Part shown: in pieces, positions 46,767 through 55,253 of the stretch
Position numbering within the stretch: position 1 is the stretch's first letter
Layout: the number at the start of each line of letters is the position of its first letter
IMG/VR virus record: IMGVR_UViG_3300042889_002115
Span: 1 to 64,000 of that record
From: a virus
Direction: 5' to 3' (one strand)
Length of the DNA stretch: 64,000 nucleotides
The notes under the pieces: generated by a model
The model's input: the letters and a program-made list of their open reading frames with translations, nothing else
What the model was told of the DNA's origin: nothing
Databases searched by the model: none
Position numbers and translations under genes: made by a program

Positions 46767-47819
46767 ATGGCAACCAAACGCCTAACACGCAAACTCACTG
46801 ACGTGATTGCAGAAGTTGAAACACAACTTCGAGCACACTACAATGTAACTCAAAACAACCTTGATGCCTGGCGAACCCGTGCAAAGGCTCTATCACACAA
46901 ATTTCCTGTCAGTAGCATGATCCAAATTGAAGATCTTTGGATTGACTATGAAGTTCAGCGTGATGTGTTGCACAAGCACATCATTAATATCATGCGAAAG
47001 TGGGATCCACGCATTTGCTCCCCTGGATCTGCATGCCGCTTTGGCGGAACACCTCCAATCTATTTGTACGACGCCCAGCACCGTACCATTGCGGCAGGCT
47101 TGCTAGGCTACACAGAAATTCCTTGTGCAGTGGTAGAAACTGACGAACCCAACTTTGCATCCTACGCATTTGAAATGCTCAACGACACAGGCGTCAAACG
47201 ACTCACTCCCGGCGATTTGCATCGCAATGCCTTGGTGCGTTACAAGAATGGCAGTCGCGACAGCAAGGTAGTTCACGCCAGAACTATGCAAGATCAATTT
47301 GACGCCACGGGCATTGACCTGCAAGACAAAGGTAGTCGCAACAGCGATAACCTACGTGGTGACAACGACTACTTCTTCAGTCACTTTAAGTATGCACAAA
47401 AAGGCATCGAAGTGGATGACAAGGGCAAGGTACTGTTTGAAGTCTTAAATTCTATCAAGACAGCGTTTCCATTACAAGAGGAAATTGACCAGGGCATTTA
47501 CATTGGACTGTTGGAATTACACAAGTTATCTCGTGCAGAGACAACCGAATTACCCAAAAGGTGGATAATTGAATTGTTAAATGTGGTCAAGAAAACTTTT
47601 AAGAGTTCTAATTTGATCCATTCCAAAGCCAAAGTGCAATGGGAACATGTGAATCCCGGCGGCACTTGGACTGCTCCTACTGCTATGAGCAACTTCATGC
47701 GTGAGCTGTATATTCGCAACGGCGGCACCCAGTTGAACTTGCCCTACCACGGAGAAGGCGCTAAAATGGGTATTACTGATGGCAATGTTGCCCCAGGTTT
47801 GTTTCCCGAGGAGAACTAA
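46767..47819 (+). CDS. ParB/Srx-like N-terminal domain protein
   Basis: LWIDYEVQR, YLYDAQHRT (DGQHR-like), IPCAVV, FEMLN...KRLTPGDL. Confidence 0.7.
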   Translation: MATKRLTRKLTDVIAEVETQLRAHYNVTQNNLDAWRTRAKALSHKFPVSSMIQIEDLWIDYEVQRDVLHKHIINIMRKWDPRICSPGSACRFGGTPPIYLYDAQHRTIAAGLLGYTEIPCAVVETDEPNFASYAFEMLNDTGVKRLTPGDLHRNALVRYKNGSRDSKVVHARTMQDQFDATGIDLQDKGSRNSDNLRGDNDYFFSHFKYAQKGIEVDDKGKVLFEVLNSIKTAFPLQEEIDQGIYIGLLELHKLSRAETTELPKRWIIELLNVVKKTFKSSNLIHSKAKVQWEHVNPGGTWTAPTAMSNFMRELYIRNGGTQLNLPYHGEGAKMGITDGNVAPGLFPEEN

Positions 47820-47820
47820 A

Positions 47821-48342
47821 ATGAAAAATGCATTTCACAACTACCCTGCAATCTACTTACCACTGGCCTCAATGAATGATCCTTGGGAAATCTGTGAATT
47901 CTTAGATGCTAAAAATATCAGACAGTACACCTATTTCTTTGCTACCAGTTTAGGAATACTAAAATATGGACAGAGCGCCAATGATAACAGTGCATTTTGT
48001 GGCAACCGTCTATACAGACAAGCAGGCAACATACTTGGTTGGCCCAAAGGCCTGATAGGTAACAGTGGCGATGACATGACGGTTATTAGTCAGGACTATA
48101 CAGAAATGTACAGGAAAAATTTACACAGGAAGGATGTGATAATTGGTGTGGTTGACATGTCTGGGCACACCGCCGAAGACTGTGAAGAATTAGAACGAAA
48201 TTTTATTGACCTACATATTCACCAGCGCGGTCATGCCCCAATTGGAAACAAGGATTATACAACTTTGTTAACTGAACGAAAATATCACAATCAACATCAA
48301 CTAGAAAAGTTTGGCATTTATATCCTGGGTGACCATGCTTAA
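47821..48342 (+). CDS. Possible GIY-YIG-like nuclease
   Basis: YTYFF...LKYGQS...RLYRQ...ELERNFI...PIGN. Confidence 0.5.
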   Translation: MKNAFHNYPAIYLPLASMNDPWEICEFLDAKNIRQYTYFFATSLGILKYGQSANDNSAFCGNRLYRQAGNILGWPKGLIGNSGDDMTVISQDYTEMYRKNLHRKDVIIGVVDMSGHTAEDCEELERNFIDLHIHQRGHAPIGNKDYTTLLTERKYHNQHQLEKFGIYILGDHA

Positions 48343-48892
48343 AGAATCTCTAGAACAATTCACAGCACCGGTGTACGGCAAGACCCGTCGTACACCGGAC
48401 ACATACCGCACTGTGGCCGACCACTGTACCGGGCACTTGGAACGTCTGGTTGCAGAGTACCGCGGTGTAAAAAACAATCAACAGTTGTTGCGTGAGATAC
48501 GCAATGACATTGACTACTATCTGCGTCGATATCACGAGTACTGCATCAAGCAACGCGATGGAATGCAAGCACACTACCACGAAATTGGCGCTGATGACGA
48601 GTGTGATTTTGAGCATTTGATTCCGGCCGCTCGCATTCGCGACCTGTTGTTGGTCAATGCCATCGCAGTAGAACAGGCTCTCAATGCACCCACTGTGCGA
48701 CTGAGTCGTATCAAACATGCTCAACTCAAAGAAGCGGGCTGGGCCAGTACCACTCCTGACATGTGGCGGCCGTTCAGGCGCTACAGTCAGGTGTTTGAGG
48801 CCAAGTTTGAAACACACGACGGCACCCAGATTAACACTGAGACTTGGACACTTGAACAACATTTCAACTACTTTCAACATCTTGTGCTATGA
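48335..48892 (+). CDS. Possible His-Me finger (HNH-like) protein
   Basis: DFEHLIP motif; PFRRY. Confidence 0.45.
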   Translation: MLKESLEQFTAPVYGKTRRTPDTYRTVADHCTGHLERLVAEYRGVKNNQQLLREIRNDIDYYLRRYHEYCIKQRDGMQAHYHEIGADDECDFEHLIPAARIRDLLLVNAIAVEQALNAPTVRLSRIKHAQLKEAGWASTTPDMWRPFRRYSQVFEAKFETHDGTQINTETWTLEQHFNYFQHLVL

Positions 48893-49119
48893 ACCTGGAT
48901 CTTAACTCAGTATTGAAATGGTTGGGCACTGTGACCTTGATTGTGGGCACTGGCATCAACAGCCTGGGCTATTATCCAGCAGGACCACTGATTCTGCTGT
49001 TGGGCGGCGCCTTTTGGTTGGCCGTGAGTATTCGTTGGCGCGAACCTGCACTGATTGTGACCAATGCTGTGATGTTTGTGACAGCAGCCGCGGGCCTGAC
49101 CTGGGCATGGCTAAAGTGA
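48889..49119 (+). CDS. Small three-TM membrane protein
   Basis: LKWLGT...YP...W...W.EPALIVTN. Confidence 0.7.
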   Translation: MNLDLNSVLKWLGTVTLIVGTGINSLGYYPAGPLILLLGGAFWLAVSIRWREPALIVTNAVMFVTAAAGLTWAWLK

Positions 49120-49123
49120 CTGC

Positions 49124-49477
49124 ATGATGTCACTGCCATTTCCCATTACTCAGGTCCGCAACGGTTGGATGATTAGCTGGCCCGGCTTTCGTGACATCAG
49201 CCAGATAGAAATCAAACAGAAACTGGCAGATTTAATTTTTGACTCCATTGGAGTGGAAGAGGCCCGTTTTGGTGTTCGAGTGCAGAGTGGCAAAACTGAA
49301 TTCTTGCACATACAATTCGATGACTGGGCCGCAGATCGATCCGGCATTGCAGACAAAATACTGGACCGAATTGAAATAACCGGGGTGTTGTTCGACACTA
49401 AACAGTCGGCTGAATGGTTGCAGGACTACTTTGAAAAAAAGCTGATGTGGAAACGGTTAAAACAGGTTGCTCAATAA
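49124..49477 (+). CDS. Hypothetical protein
   Basis: Operon packing. Confidence 0.6.
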   Translation: MMSLPFPITQVRNGWMISWPGFRDISQIEIKQKLADLIFDSIGVEEARFGVRVQSGKTEFLHIQFDDWAADRSGIADKILDRIEITGVLFDTKQSAEWLQDYFEKKLMWKRLKQVAQ

Positions 49478-49518
49478 TCACTTTAGTGCTATAATAATAG
49501 CACACAAGGAGACAATCC

Positions 49519-50046
49519 ATGCTTACTTTGCCCGAATTTCTTGAATTGATTGATCATCGCATCACTGGCGGCAGTGAATACGGTTGGCAGTGCTACGGCG
49601 GCCATGCACAGACCATTGACTCAGACGCAGTAGACTACAACTTCTCAGTGATTTTTGATCGGCAAGATCAAACAGTGTACGAAGTCACTGTGTGTGATTA
49701 TCCCAACAACCGTGCCTATCGCATTATCAACCCTGATTACAAAACCAAACATGATGCCGAAGCGTCCATGCGTGGGGTTCAATCCCGCCAGGCCTGGGAC
49801 GATGTTAACTATGTGGATCTAGATGTGGATGACGATTTTATACAAAAAGGTCTGGCCATCCGTGCAGGCAACTCATACGACACACGAGTTCAAGTTGAGT
49901 TGGACCTAGACGATGACCTGTTGCTCCAGCTCATGACTCAAGCTCACAAGCAAGACATTACCCTGAATAAAATGGTCGAGCAGATCCTGACGGAAATGAT
50001 TGATCGTACTCAAAAATCACAAACTGAATCTCAAAGGCAGCTGTAA
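49519..50046 (+). CDS. Hypothetical protein with C-terminal ribbon-helix-helix-like segment
   Basis: Promoter TTGCTC-17-TATAAT (49467-49495), AGGAG; ELDLDDDLLLQLMTQAHKQDITLNKMVEQIL. Confidence 0.7.
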   Translation: MLTLPEFLELIDHRITGGSEYGWQCYGGHAQTIDSDAVDYNFSVIFDRQDQTVYEVTVCDYPNNRAYRIINPDYKTKHDAEASMRGVQSRQAWDDVNYVDLDVDDDFIQKGLAIRAGNSYDTRVQVELDLDDDLLLQLMTQAHKQDITLNKMVEQILTEMIDRTQKSQTESQRQL

Positions 50047-50049
50047 ATC

Positions 50050-50106
50050 GGTTGACCTTTATTCACCAAAATGCTATAATTAACACTTAAACAGCAACAA
50101 GGAGCC
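50050..50106 (+). repeat. 57-nt early promoter/leader cassette, copy B
   Basis: One mismatch to 6593-6649. Confidence 0.9.
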
Positions 50107-50110
50107 TTGA

Positions 50111-50437
50111 ATGTTTGCACTAGACAATATTGAATCCGTCCATAACACTGCCGTAGCCGCCGCGCAACAGGCCGAAACAGAATTCCGCGCCCGGCATGGT
50201 GAGCCTGGCTACTGTGGTTTTGCCTGGGTGCAGGTAACTGAAAAAGCCAGTACCAAACTGGGTCGTGCGCTGAAAACTGTGGGCTTTACCAAGGCCTACG
50301 GTGGCGGTCTCCAGCTGTGGAATCCGGGTGGTAGCTTCACGCAGAGCATGGACATCAAAGAAACAGGTGCCCGAGCCTATGCTGAGGTACTCAAGTCGCA
50401 TGGCATCACTGCATACATGAGCTCAAGAGCCGATTGA
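50111..50437 (+). CDS. Conserved phage early protein
   Basis: CGFAWV, QSMDIKE.GA.AYA, SRAD. Confidence 0.75.
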   Translation: MFALDNIESVHNTAVAAAQQAETEFRARHGEPGYCGFAWVQVTEKASTKLGRALKTVGFTKAYGGGLQLWNPGGSFTQSMDIKETGARAYAEVLKSHGITAYMSSRAD

Positions 50438-50486
50438 CCCTTATTCACCATTCTGTTATAATATATACATAAACAGCAACAAGGAG
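50434..50486 (+). promoter_or_regulatory. Early promoter cassette variant
   Basis: TTGACC-CTTATTCACC...TATAAT...TAAACAGCAACAAGGAG. Confidence 0.85.
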
Positions 50487-50492
50487 TTCTAA

Positions 50493-50966
50493 ATGGGCAC
50501 ACACAGTCGAATTGGGGTCATGCACGGTGACACTGTTAAGAGTGTTTACTGTCATTGGGATGGCTACCTGGAGCACAATGGCCGGATCCTACAAGAGCAT
50601 TATGGCTCAAATCAATCCCCCAAAGCAAATCATCTTGTGGCCTTGGGCGACATTAGCTCGCTGGGCAAAGAGATTGGTGAGAAGCATCCGTTCAGTCGAT
50701 TTGACACTGACATGTCAGACGAAGCGTATGAGAAACTCTATGGCAACATGACCACTTTTTACGGTCGCGACCGTGATGAACAAGGCGTGGACTTCAAAGT
50801 GGCACACACCTTTGCCTCCTTCCTGGATCAGGTTGAGGCCTGTGGTGCAGAGTATTACTACATCATGCGTGACGGTGTGTGGTACTGTGGTAGTCCTAAC
50901 AAGGGTAGCCGACTGGTGGCTCTGACAGAGGCTCTGGCTGCAATACAGGAGACTGAACATGCGTAA
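50493..50966 (+). CDS. Conserved phage early protein
   Basis: MGTHSRIG, YCHWDGY, LGDISSL, YGRDR, EYYY. Confidence 0.75.
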   Translation: MGTHSRIGVMHGDTVKSVYCHWDGYLEHNGRILQEHYGSNQSPKANHLVALGDISSLGKEIGEKHPFSRFDTDMSDEAYEKLYGNMTTFYGRDRDEQGVDFKVAHTFASFLDQVEACGAEYYYIMRDGVWYCGSPNKGSRLVALTEALAAIQETEHA

Positions 50967-51087
50967 TTTAATAATTGGATTCATTCTAGGCCTGGTGGTC
51001 AGTGCTGTGGGATTTTCGGGTATTGCTCGAATGTTCGACCGAGGTGTCCAAACCATCCAGGAAACCAGCAAAGAACTCGCCCAGTAA
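50959..51087 (+). CDS. Small membrane protein (42 aa), not in ORF track
   Basis: AGGAG RBS; MRNLIIGFILGLVVSAVGFSGIARMFDRGV... Confidence 0.65.
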   Translation: MRNLIIGFILGLVVSAVGFSGIARMFDRGVQTIQETSKELAQ

Positions 51088-51123
51088 AACGGGCAAACAG
51101 AGTCAAAATTATGCAGAAAGTGG

Positions 51124-51152
51124 TTGACCGTTATGCCGCAATCTGCTATAAT
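51124..51152 (+). promoter_or_regulatory. Sigma70-type early promoter
   Basis: TTGACC-17-TATAAT. Confidence 0.8.
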
Positions 51153-51217
51153 TTAGACATGCAGAAAAACACTGCATTAATTTTAAACTTGACAGGCAAC
51201 TTTTTAAAGGCAACAAA

Positions 51218-51574
51218 ATGACAGAAAAACTCTTCACAGTGGCAGGTACTGCAACTAACCCCGATGGCACAACCAAGGCTCGTTTTGCAAACGACCTGGT
51301 GGCTCGCATCAAGATTCTAAACAAATCCAAATGCACTGACATTAACCTGATGGAACTGCCCGAGCCCATGACCAAACTGCAAGCTCTGCAATTTTTGCAA
51401 GCACAGGGGGTCACTGACGGCGAAGCTGGTTATGCAGTGAGTGCCAAATTGGCAGAGAAAAGCAAGGTCGCTAAAAAAGGCGAAGTCAAAGTGGCTGGCG
51501 TCAAGACCAAATCCGCTAAACCAGCGGTCACTGCTGAACAGGTGCTGTCTGCAGTAAACAAAGCCTCCGTTTAA
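51218..51574 (+). CDS. Basic hypothetical protein
   Basis: FTVAGT...KARFAND..RIKIL...ELPEPMTK; Lys-rich tail. Confidence 0.7.
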   Translation: MTEKLFTVAGTATNPDGTTKARFANDLVARIKILNKSKCTDINLMELPEPMTKLQALQFLQAQGVTDGEAGYAVSAKLAEKSKVAKKGEVKVAGVKTKSAKPAVTAEQVLSAVNKASV

Positions 51575-51597
51575 AAACTGACCAGCTCAGACCCACA

Positions 51598-51620
51598 AGC
51601 GGCCTCCGGGCCGCTTTTTT
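51598..51620 (+). terminator. Rho-independent terminator
   Basis: AAGCGGCC-TCCG-GGCCGCTT-TTTT. Confidence 0.85.
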
Positions 51621-51680
51621 ACGATCGTGACACTTTGGCATATATAAACTGTGCGTCAAGTTGACGCCATTTTTTTACCA

Positions 51681-51929
51681 ATGACCATACTTTCGTATCG
51701 CTCCGCCGAGCCCTTGTATATTGTCAGCATGCGTAACAACCCTCGAGCAGAAACTATGTTTCGGACCTGGATCAAAGATCACAAGATTGAGCATGCTTCA
51801 GTGTCTGACTACCGACTCCAATTACACGACCAACGCGGATTTGAGAAATTCTGCTTGACCTGGTCACACGATTGGCAGTGCCTGAATGTGTGGGATACCT
51901 GGAATCGACGCCACATTTATCTGGATTAA
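51681..51929 (+). CDS. Hypothetical protein (FxLxW paralog-like)
   Basis: LHDQRGFEKFCLTW. Confidence 0.55.
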   Translation: MTILSYRSAEPLYIVSMRNNPRAETMFRTWIKDHKIEHASVSDYRLQLHDQRGFEKFCLTWSHDWQCLNVWDTWNRRHIYLD

Positions 51930-51944
51930 TTTACTCGTCTTTTA

Positions 51945-51973
51945 TTGACACCAGGTGTAGTTGACGTTATAAT
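51945..51973 (+). promoter_or_regulatory. Sigma70-type promoter, perfect consensus
   Basis: TTGACA-17-TATAAT. Confidence 0.8.
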
Positions 51974-52023
51974 TACTTTGCTGCCAGCAAATCAGCTGGC
52001 ACAGTCTTAATAAGGAAACTCAA

Positions 52024-52212
52024 ATGACTACACAACATGAAACAATCGTCGCCGCTTATGAATCTTACATCTCTGAAAATGAGAAGTTCACAACCAAGGG
52101 TGTGAAAGCCTCTGCGGCCCGAGCCCGTAAAGCTCTGCAGGAAATGTCAAAAGGTATCAAGGAGCGCCGTAAAGAAATCACAGCTGAAAAAGAAGCACTA
52201 GCTGCAAAATGA
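52024..52212 (+). CDS. Histone H1-like Hc1-family small DNA-binding protein
   Basis: EKFTTKGVKASAARARKALQEMSKGIKERRKEI. Confidence 0.7.
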   Translation: MTTQHETIVAAYESYISENEKFTTKGVKASAARARKALQEMSKGIKERRKEITAEKEALAAK

Positions 52213-52379
52213 TTGTGAAACAAGACCAAGTACACCGGCAGCATCCAGAACACTGGCCCGAAGAACTAACACCTGCACAACGAGAGCAACTGTTGCAGGC
52301 CAAGTTGACTCGGGCTGTGGAATGGATTCGTGCTCGTGCTGGTCTTGATACCTTTAGGTATCAAAAGGAATCAACATGA
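52209..52379 (+). CDS. Hypothetical protein (56 aa), not in ORF track
   Basis: ATGA overlaps at both ends. Confidence 0.5.
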   Translation: MIVKQDQVHRQHPEHWPEELTPAQREQLLQAKLTRAVEWIRARAGLDTFRYQKEST

Positions 52380-52813
52380 GTGATGATGAATTAACAATTA
52401 CCTGGCCTGATATTTCTGACACTTCGGACACATACAATATCAACCTTGACTCAATGGGCACAGTCAGTAGTGGTGGAGCGTATGTCTACAGTGCCAACAC
52501 GAACAACACAATCTGGACCACAAACACCACAACTGGTTCAAATCCGCAATTCAATAACTGGAACATAGGCAACAGCAATGTTGTACCGACGGGACAGTTG
52601 AGCCTAGTGGGCGACAATGCTGACATTGTGATCAATGGTCAAAGCCTAAATGACACACTGACAATCATACAAGAACGCCTGGGCATGTTGGTACCCAATG
52701 CAGAAATGGAAGCAGAATGGGACGAACTGCGCGAGCTCGCTGAACGCTATCGTGAACTAGAAAAACTATGCAAGGAAAAAAGCACAGTATGGAACAAGCT
52801 CAAAAAGATTTAA
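52376..52813 (+). CDS. Hypothetical protein
   Basis: Low-complexity T/N N-terminus; ADIVINGQSL...IQERLGML.PN. Confidence 0.7.
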   Translation: MSDDELTITWPDISDTSDTYNINLDSMGTVSSGGAYVYSANTNNTIWTTNTTTGSNPQFNNWNIGNSNVVPTGQLSLVGDNADIVINGQSLNDTLTIIQERLGMLVPNAEMEAEWDELRELAERYRELEKLCKEKSTVWNKLKKI

Positions 52814-52853
52814 CATCCCGGCACAAGATGACCCCCCATTCCTGTGTGCAGAC

Positions 52854-52882
52854 TTGACAACTAAGTCAAGTTCTTGTATAAT
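52854..52882 (+). promoter_or_regulatory. Sigma70-type promoter with palindrome over -35
   Basis: TTGACA-17-TATAAT; ACTTGAC-N6-GTCAAGT. Confidence 0.8.
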
Positions 52883-52978
52883 ACAATACGTGAGTTAACT
52901 GCTCACATAATGGCAAAATCGTGCCATTTGGGCCCGATGATTCGGGGTTATGCAACTCTCTGAGTAAGTAAAACTACC

Positions 52979-53557
52979 ATGAAAGCACAAGTAAACTCTA
53001 TCAACCAAGCACTGACCACCTGGAGCGCAAGACTGCTAAAGTCTCTGGGTCTGCTGGCAGTGGCCGTGACATTGTTCACTGTGGTTGGTGCCAAATTTGA
53101 TCATCTGCGCCTGGCCAACAGCAGAATGCCCGAGCACATGATCACTGCTGAGCAACGCATGAAAGAACTGGATTGTCTTACTAGAAATATCTACTGGGAA
53201 GCTGCCTCGGAACCTTTTGAAGGCAAAGTAGGCGTGGCCCAGGTCACACTGAATCGAGTAGAATCGGGCAAGTTCGCCCCTACCATATGCGGAGTGGTGT
53301 ACCAAAAGAATGTGTTCTACGAAAAAGTAGTGTGCCAATTCAGCTGGTTCTGCGAAGCAACTCACAAGATCAGACCCATTCACAAACCTTTGTGGCTGGA
53401 AAGTGAAGAAGTGGCCAAGAAGGTACTGCTGGAAGGATTCCGCCTGCCCAGCCTGGAAAACGCATTGTTCTATCACGCAGATTACGTGAGCCCAGGCTGG
53501 AAACTGCCCCGAATTGAAAAAATTGGACGACATATTTTTTATGGAGAACGTGTATGA
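52979..53557 (+). CDS. Cell wall hydrolase, SleB/Hydrolase_2 family, N-terminal membrane anchor
   Basis: CLTRNIYWEA, VAQVTLNRV, ICGVVYQ, CQFSW, FYHADYV.PGW, IGRHIFY. Confidence 0.92.
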   Translation: MKAQVNSINQALTTWSARLLKSLGLLAVAVTLFTVVGAKFDHLRLANSRMPEHMITAEQRMKELDCLTRNIYWEAASEPFEGKVGVAQVTLNRVESGKFAPTICGVVYQKNVFYEKVVCQFSWFCEATHKIRPIHKPLWLESEEVAKKVLLEGFRLPSLENALFYHADYVSPGWKLPRIEKIGRHIFYGERV

Positions 53558-53862
53558 AATGGCAAATCTTATTTTTTGGCCTGCGAGATTATATCCGCGA
53601 AAGTTCTGCCAAAATCTCAGCTGACACTCTGGGATGGCTGGCTGCAATTGTACTGCATGCAGCCACAGTGCCCACAACACTGGCCCTGATAACCGGACTC
53701 AGCGACCGCACTCCCAATTTGGATATAGTGCTGTTTCTGTGGTCGGGTCTGGTGCTGTTGTTTCTTCGAGCAGTGGTACTCAAAGACATGCTGAACATCA
53801 TCACAATCGGGGTGGGATTCATGGTGCAGGCAGCATTGATGGCCCTGATTCTGTTTAAGTAA
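53554..53862 (+). CDS. Three-TM membrane protein, PQ-loop/SemiSWEET-like pattern
   Basis: LGWLAAIVLHAATVPT...LKDMLNIIT. Confidence 0.55.
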   Translation: MKWQILFFGLRDYIRESSAKISADTLGWLAAIVLHAATVPTTLALITGLSDRTPNLDIVLFLWSGLVLLFLRAVVLKDMLNIITIGVGFMVQAALMALILFK

Positions 53863-53873
53863 AAAGTACTAGA

Positions 53874-53902
53874 TTGACCATTAATCACAATCGTGCTATA
53901 AT
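53874..53902 (+). promoter_or_regulatory. Sigma70-type promoter giving probable leaderless mRNA
   Basis: TTGACC-17-TATAAT, ATG 7 nt downstream of the -10. Confidence 0.8.
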
Positions 53903-53908
53903 AACAGC

Positions 53909-54139
53909 ATGATAAAGATTACTTCTGGTCGATCCTTTCGAACAATCAAGTCTGGCGATCCTGACTGGCATTTCAGTCCCAATGAATTTACTTTGGTGCC
54001 ACGTGCTGGTTTTGAAATCAGTGAAAAATGTCCAAAAGAATATCGAATGATCCTTGCAGATTGTATCAACTACGGCTGGATCAAACCCGTTGCCCACATG
54101 CAAGATTCTGAATACACCTGGGAGTTATTGAAAAAATGA
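53909..54139 (+). CDS. Hypothetical protein
   Basis: PRAGFEIS..CP..Y...GWIKPVA. Confidence 0.7.
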   Translation: MIKITSGRSFRTIKSGDPDWHFSPNEFTLVPRAGFEISEKCPKEYRMILADCINYGWIKPVAHMQDSEYTWELLKK

Positions 54140-54534
54140 GCATGCACCTACATCATCCTAGTCTTAGTCTTAATGGCAAGCGCAAAGGCAAAGTAAAGTT
54201 TCGCAATGCAGCCGAAGCACAACGAGCACGAGAACTTGACGCCAGCTGGAAAGAGATCCTCAAAGCTCAGGGTGTTGCAGACGAGCAGCGCAAACGTACA
54301 CGGGCCATGAAAGCAGAACCCTTGCAATACAATCTCTCTTCGGTTAATGACCGTGCCAACACACGACACATTCCCAGCCTGGATACAGGACACTCTGGTG
54401 CTTTGCGTACCAAGGATATTCCCAAGTACACCGGCACAAAGATTCTGGGCATTGGTACCATGCACAAATCAAATGCAGTGCCTGTGTTCAGCGAAGAAGA
54501 AGCACATGACATCGCAACCATGCGCCGTGGCTAA
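54136..54534 (+). CDS. Conserved T4-like phage hypothetical protein
   Basis: YTGTKILGIGTMHKSNAVPVFS...DIATMRRG. Confidence 0.75.
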   Translation: MSMHLHHPSLSLNGKRKGKVKFRNAAEAQRARELDASWKEILKAQGVADEQRKRTRAMKAEPLQYNLSSVNDRANTRHIPSLDTGHSGALRTKDIPKYTGTKILGIGTMHKSNAVPVFSEEEAHDIATMRRG

Positions 54535-54769
54535 ACACACAGTGAGAACGCATTACCCTTGGGCAGAGGTACTGAGTTACTTGCAGGAACATGTGGGTGT
54601 GTTGCTGCATTCTCAACCTATAATATTTTGGCACGGTCGAGGCTGGCACATGAAAGCCGGCACCTCACATAGACAAGTAGCACCAAGAGGCACTGTGGGA
54701 ACTAGTTTTTATGATGTCACCTTTGATGATCCCAAGCAGGCAGTGGCCTTTGCACTAAAGTGGGCATGA
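54527..54769 (+). CDS. Small FxLKW-family protein
   Basis: GTG start; VTFDDPKQAVAFALKWA. Confidence 0.6.
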   Translation: MAKHTVRTHYPWAEVLSYLQEHVGVLLHSQPIIFWHGRGWHMKAGTSHRQVAPRGTVGTSFYDVTFDDPKQAVAFALKWA

Positions 54770-54933
54770 AATTTTTCCGTAAAGTAAAAATACCCGAAGC
54801 ATACGCTCGTATAGAGTGGTGTCGTATGACGTTGGGTCGCGAGCGCAAAAGTGGCAATTGGTGGCGTCATCGAGGACATATCTACTTCAAAGATGAACAA
54901 GCATTTGTATTTTACACATTGAAATGGGCATGA
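54766..54933 (+). CDS. Small FxLKW-family protein (55 aa), not in ORF track
   Basis: ATGA overlaps; EWCRMTLG...IYFKDEQAFVFYTLKWA. Confidence 0.7.
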   Translation: MKFFRKVKIPEAYARIEWCRMTLGRERKSGNWWRHRGHIYFKDEQAFVFYTLKWA

Positions 54934-55253
54934 TAAAGAAACAAGCCATTGCTGCGGGCAGACAATTTGGTAAGACTGGTTTGACAACCGACCAAATTTG
55001 GTGGAACGACATGTGGAACAACACTCCACGACTCGAAACTGGCTATGCCTTCAATCAACCCAAATGGCCCTATTGGGTCAAGCCGTGTAACTACTCTGCC
55101 GAAGAGTGGTTGGATATGACTAATTGGATGGTAGAAACATTTGGTGATACTGACTGGTCTACTCCCGGTGGGCGCTGGGTAGGCAGCGATAGAAAATTCT
55201 GGTTCCGTGATGCAGCCGATAGAACCTTGTTCTTGTTGAAATGGTCACGATGA
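54930..55253 (+). CDS. Small FxLKW-family protein
   Basis: NWMVETFG...FWFRDAADRTLFLLKWSR. Confidence 0.7.
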   Translation: MIKKQAIAAGRQFGKTGLTTDQIWWNDMWNNTPRLETGYAFNQPKWPYWVKPCNYSAEEWLDMTNWMVETFGDTDWSTPGGRWVGSDRKFWFRDAADRTLFLLKWSR

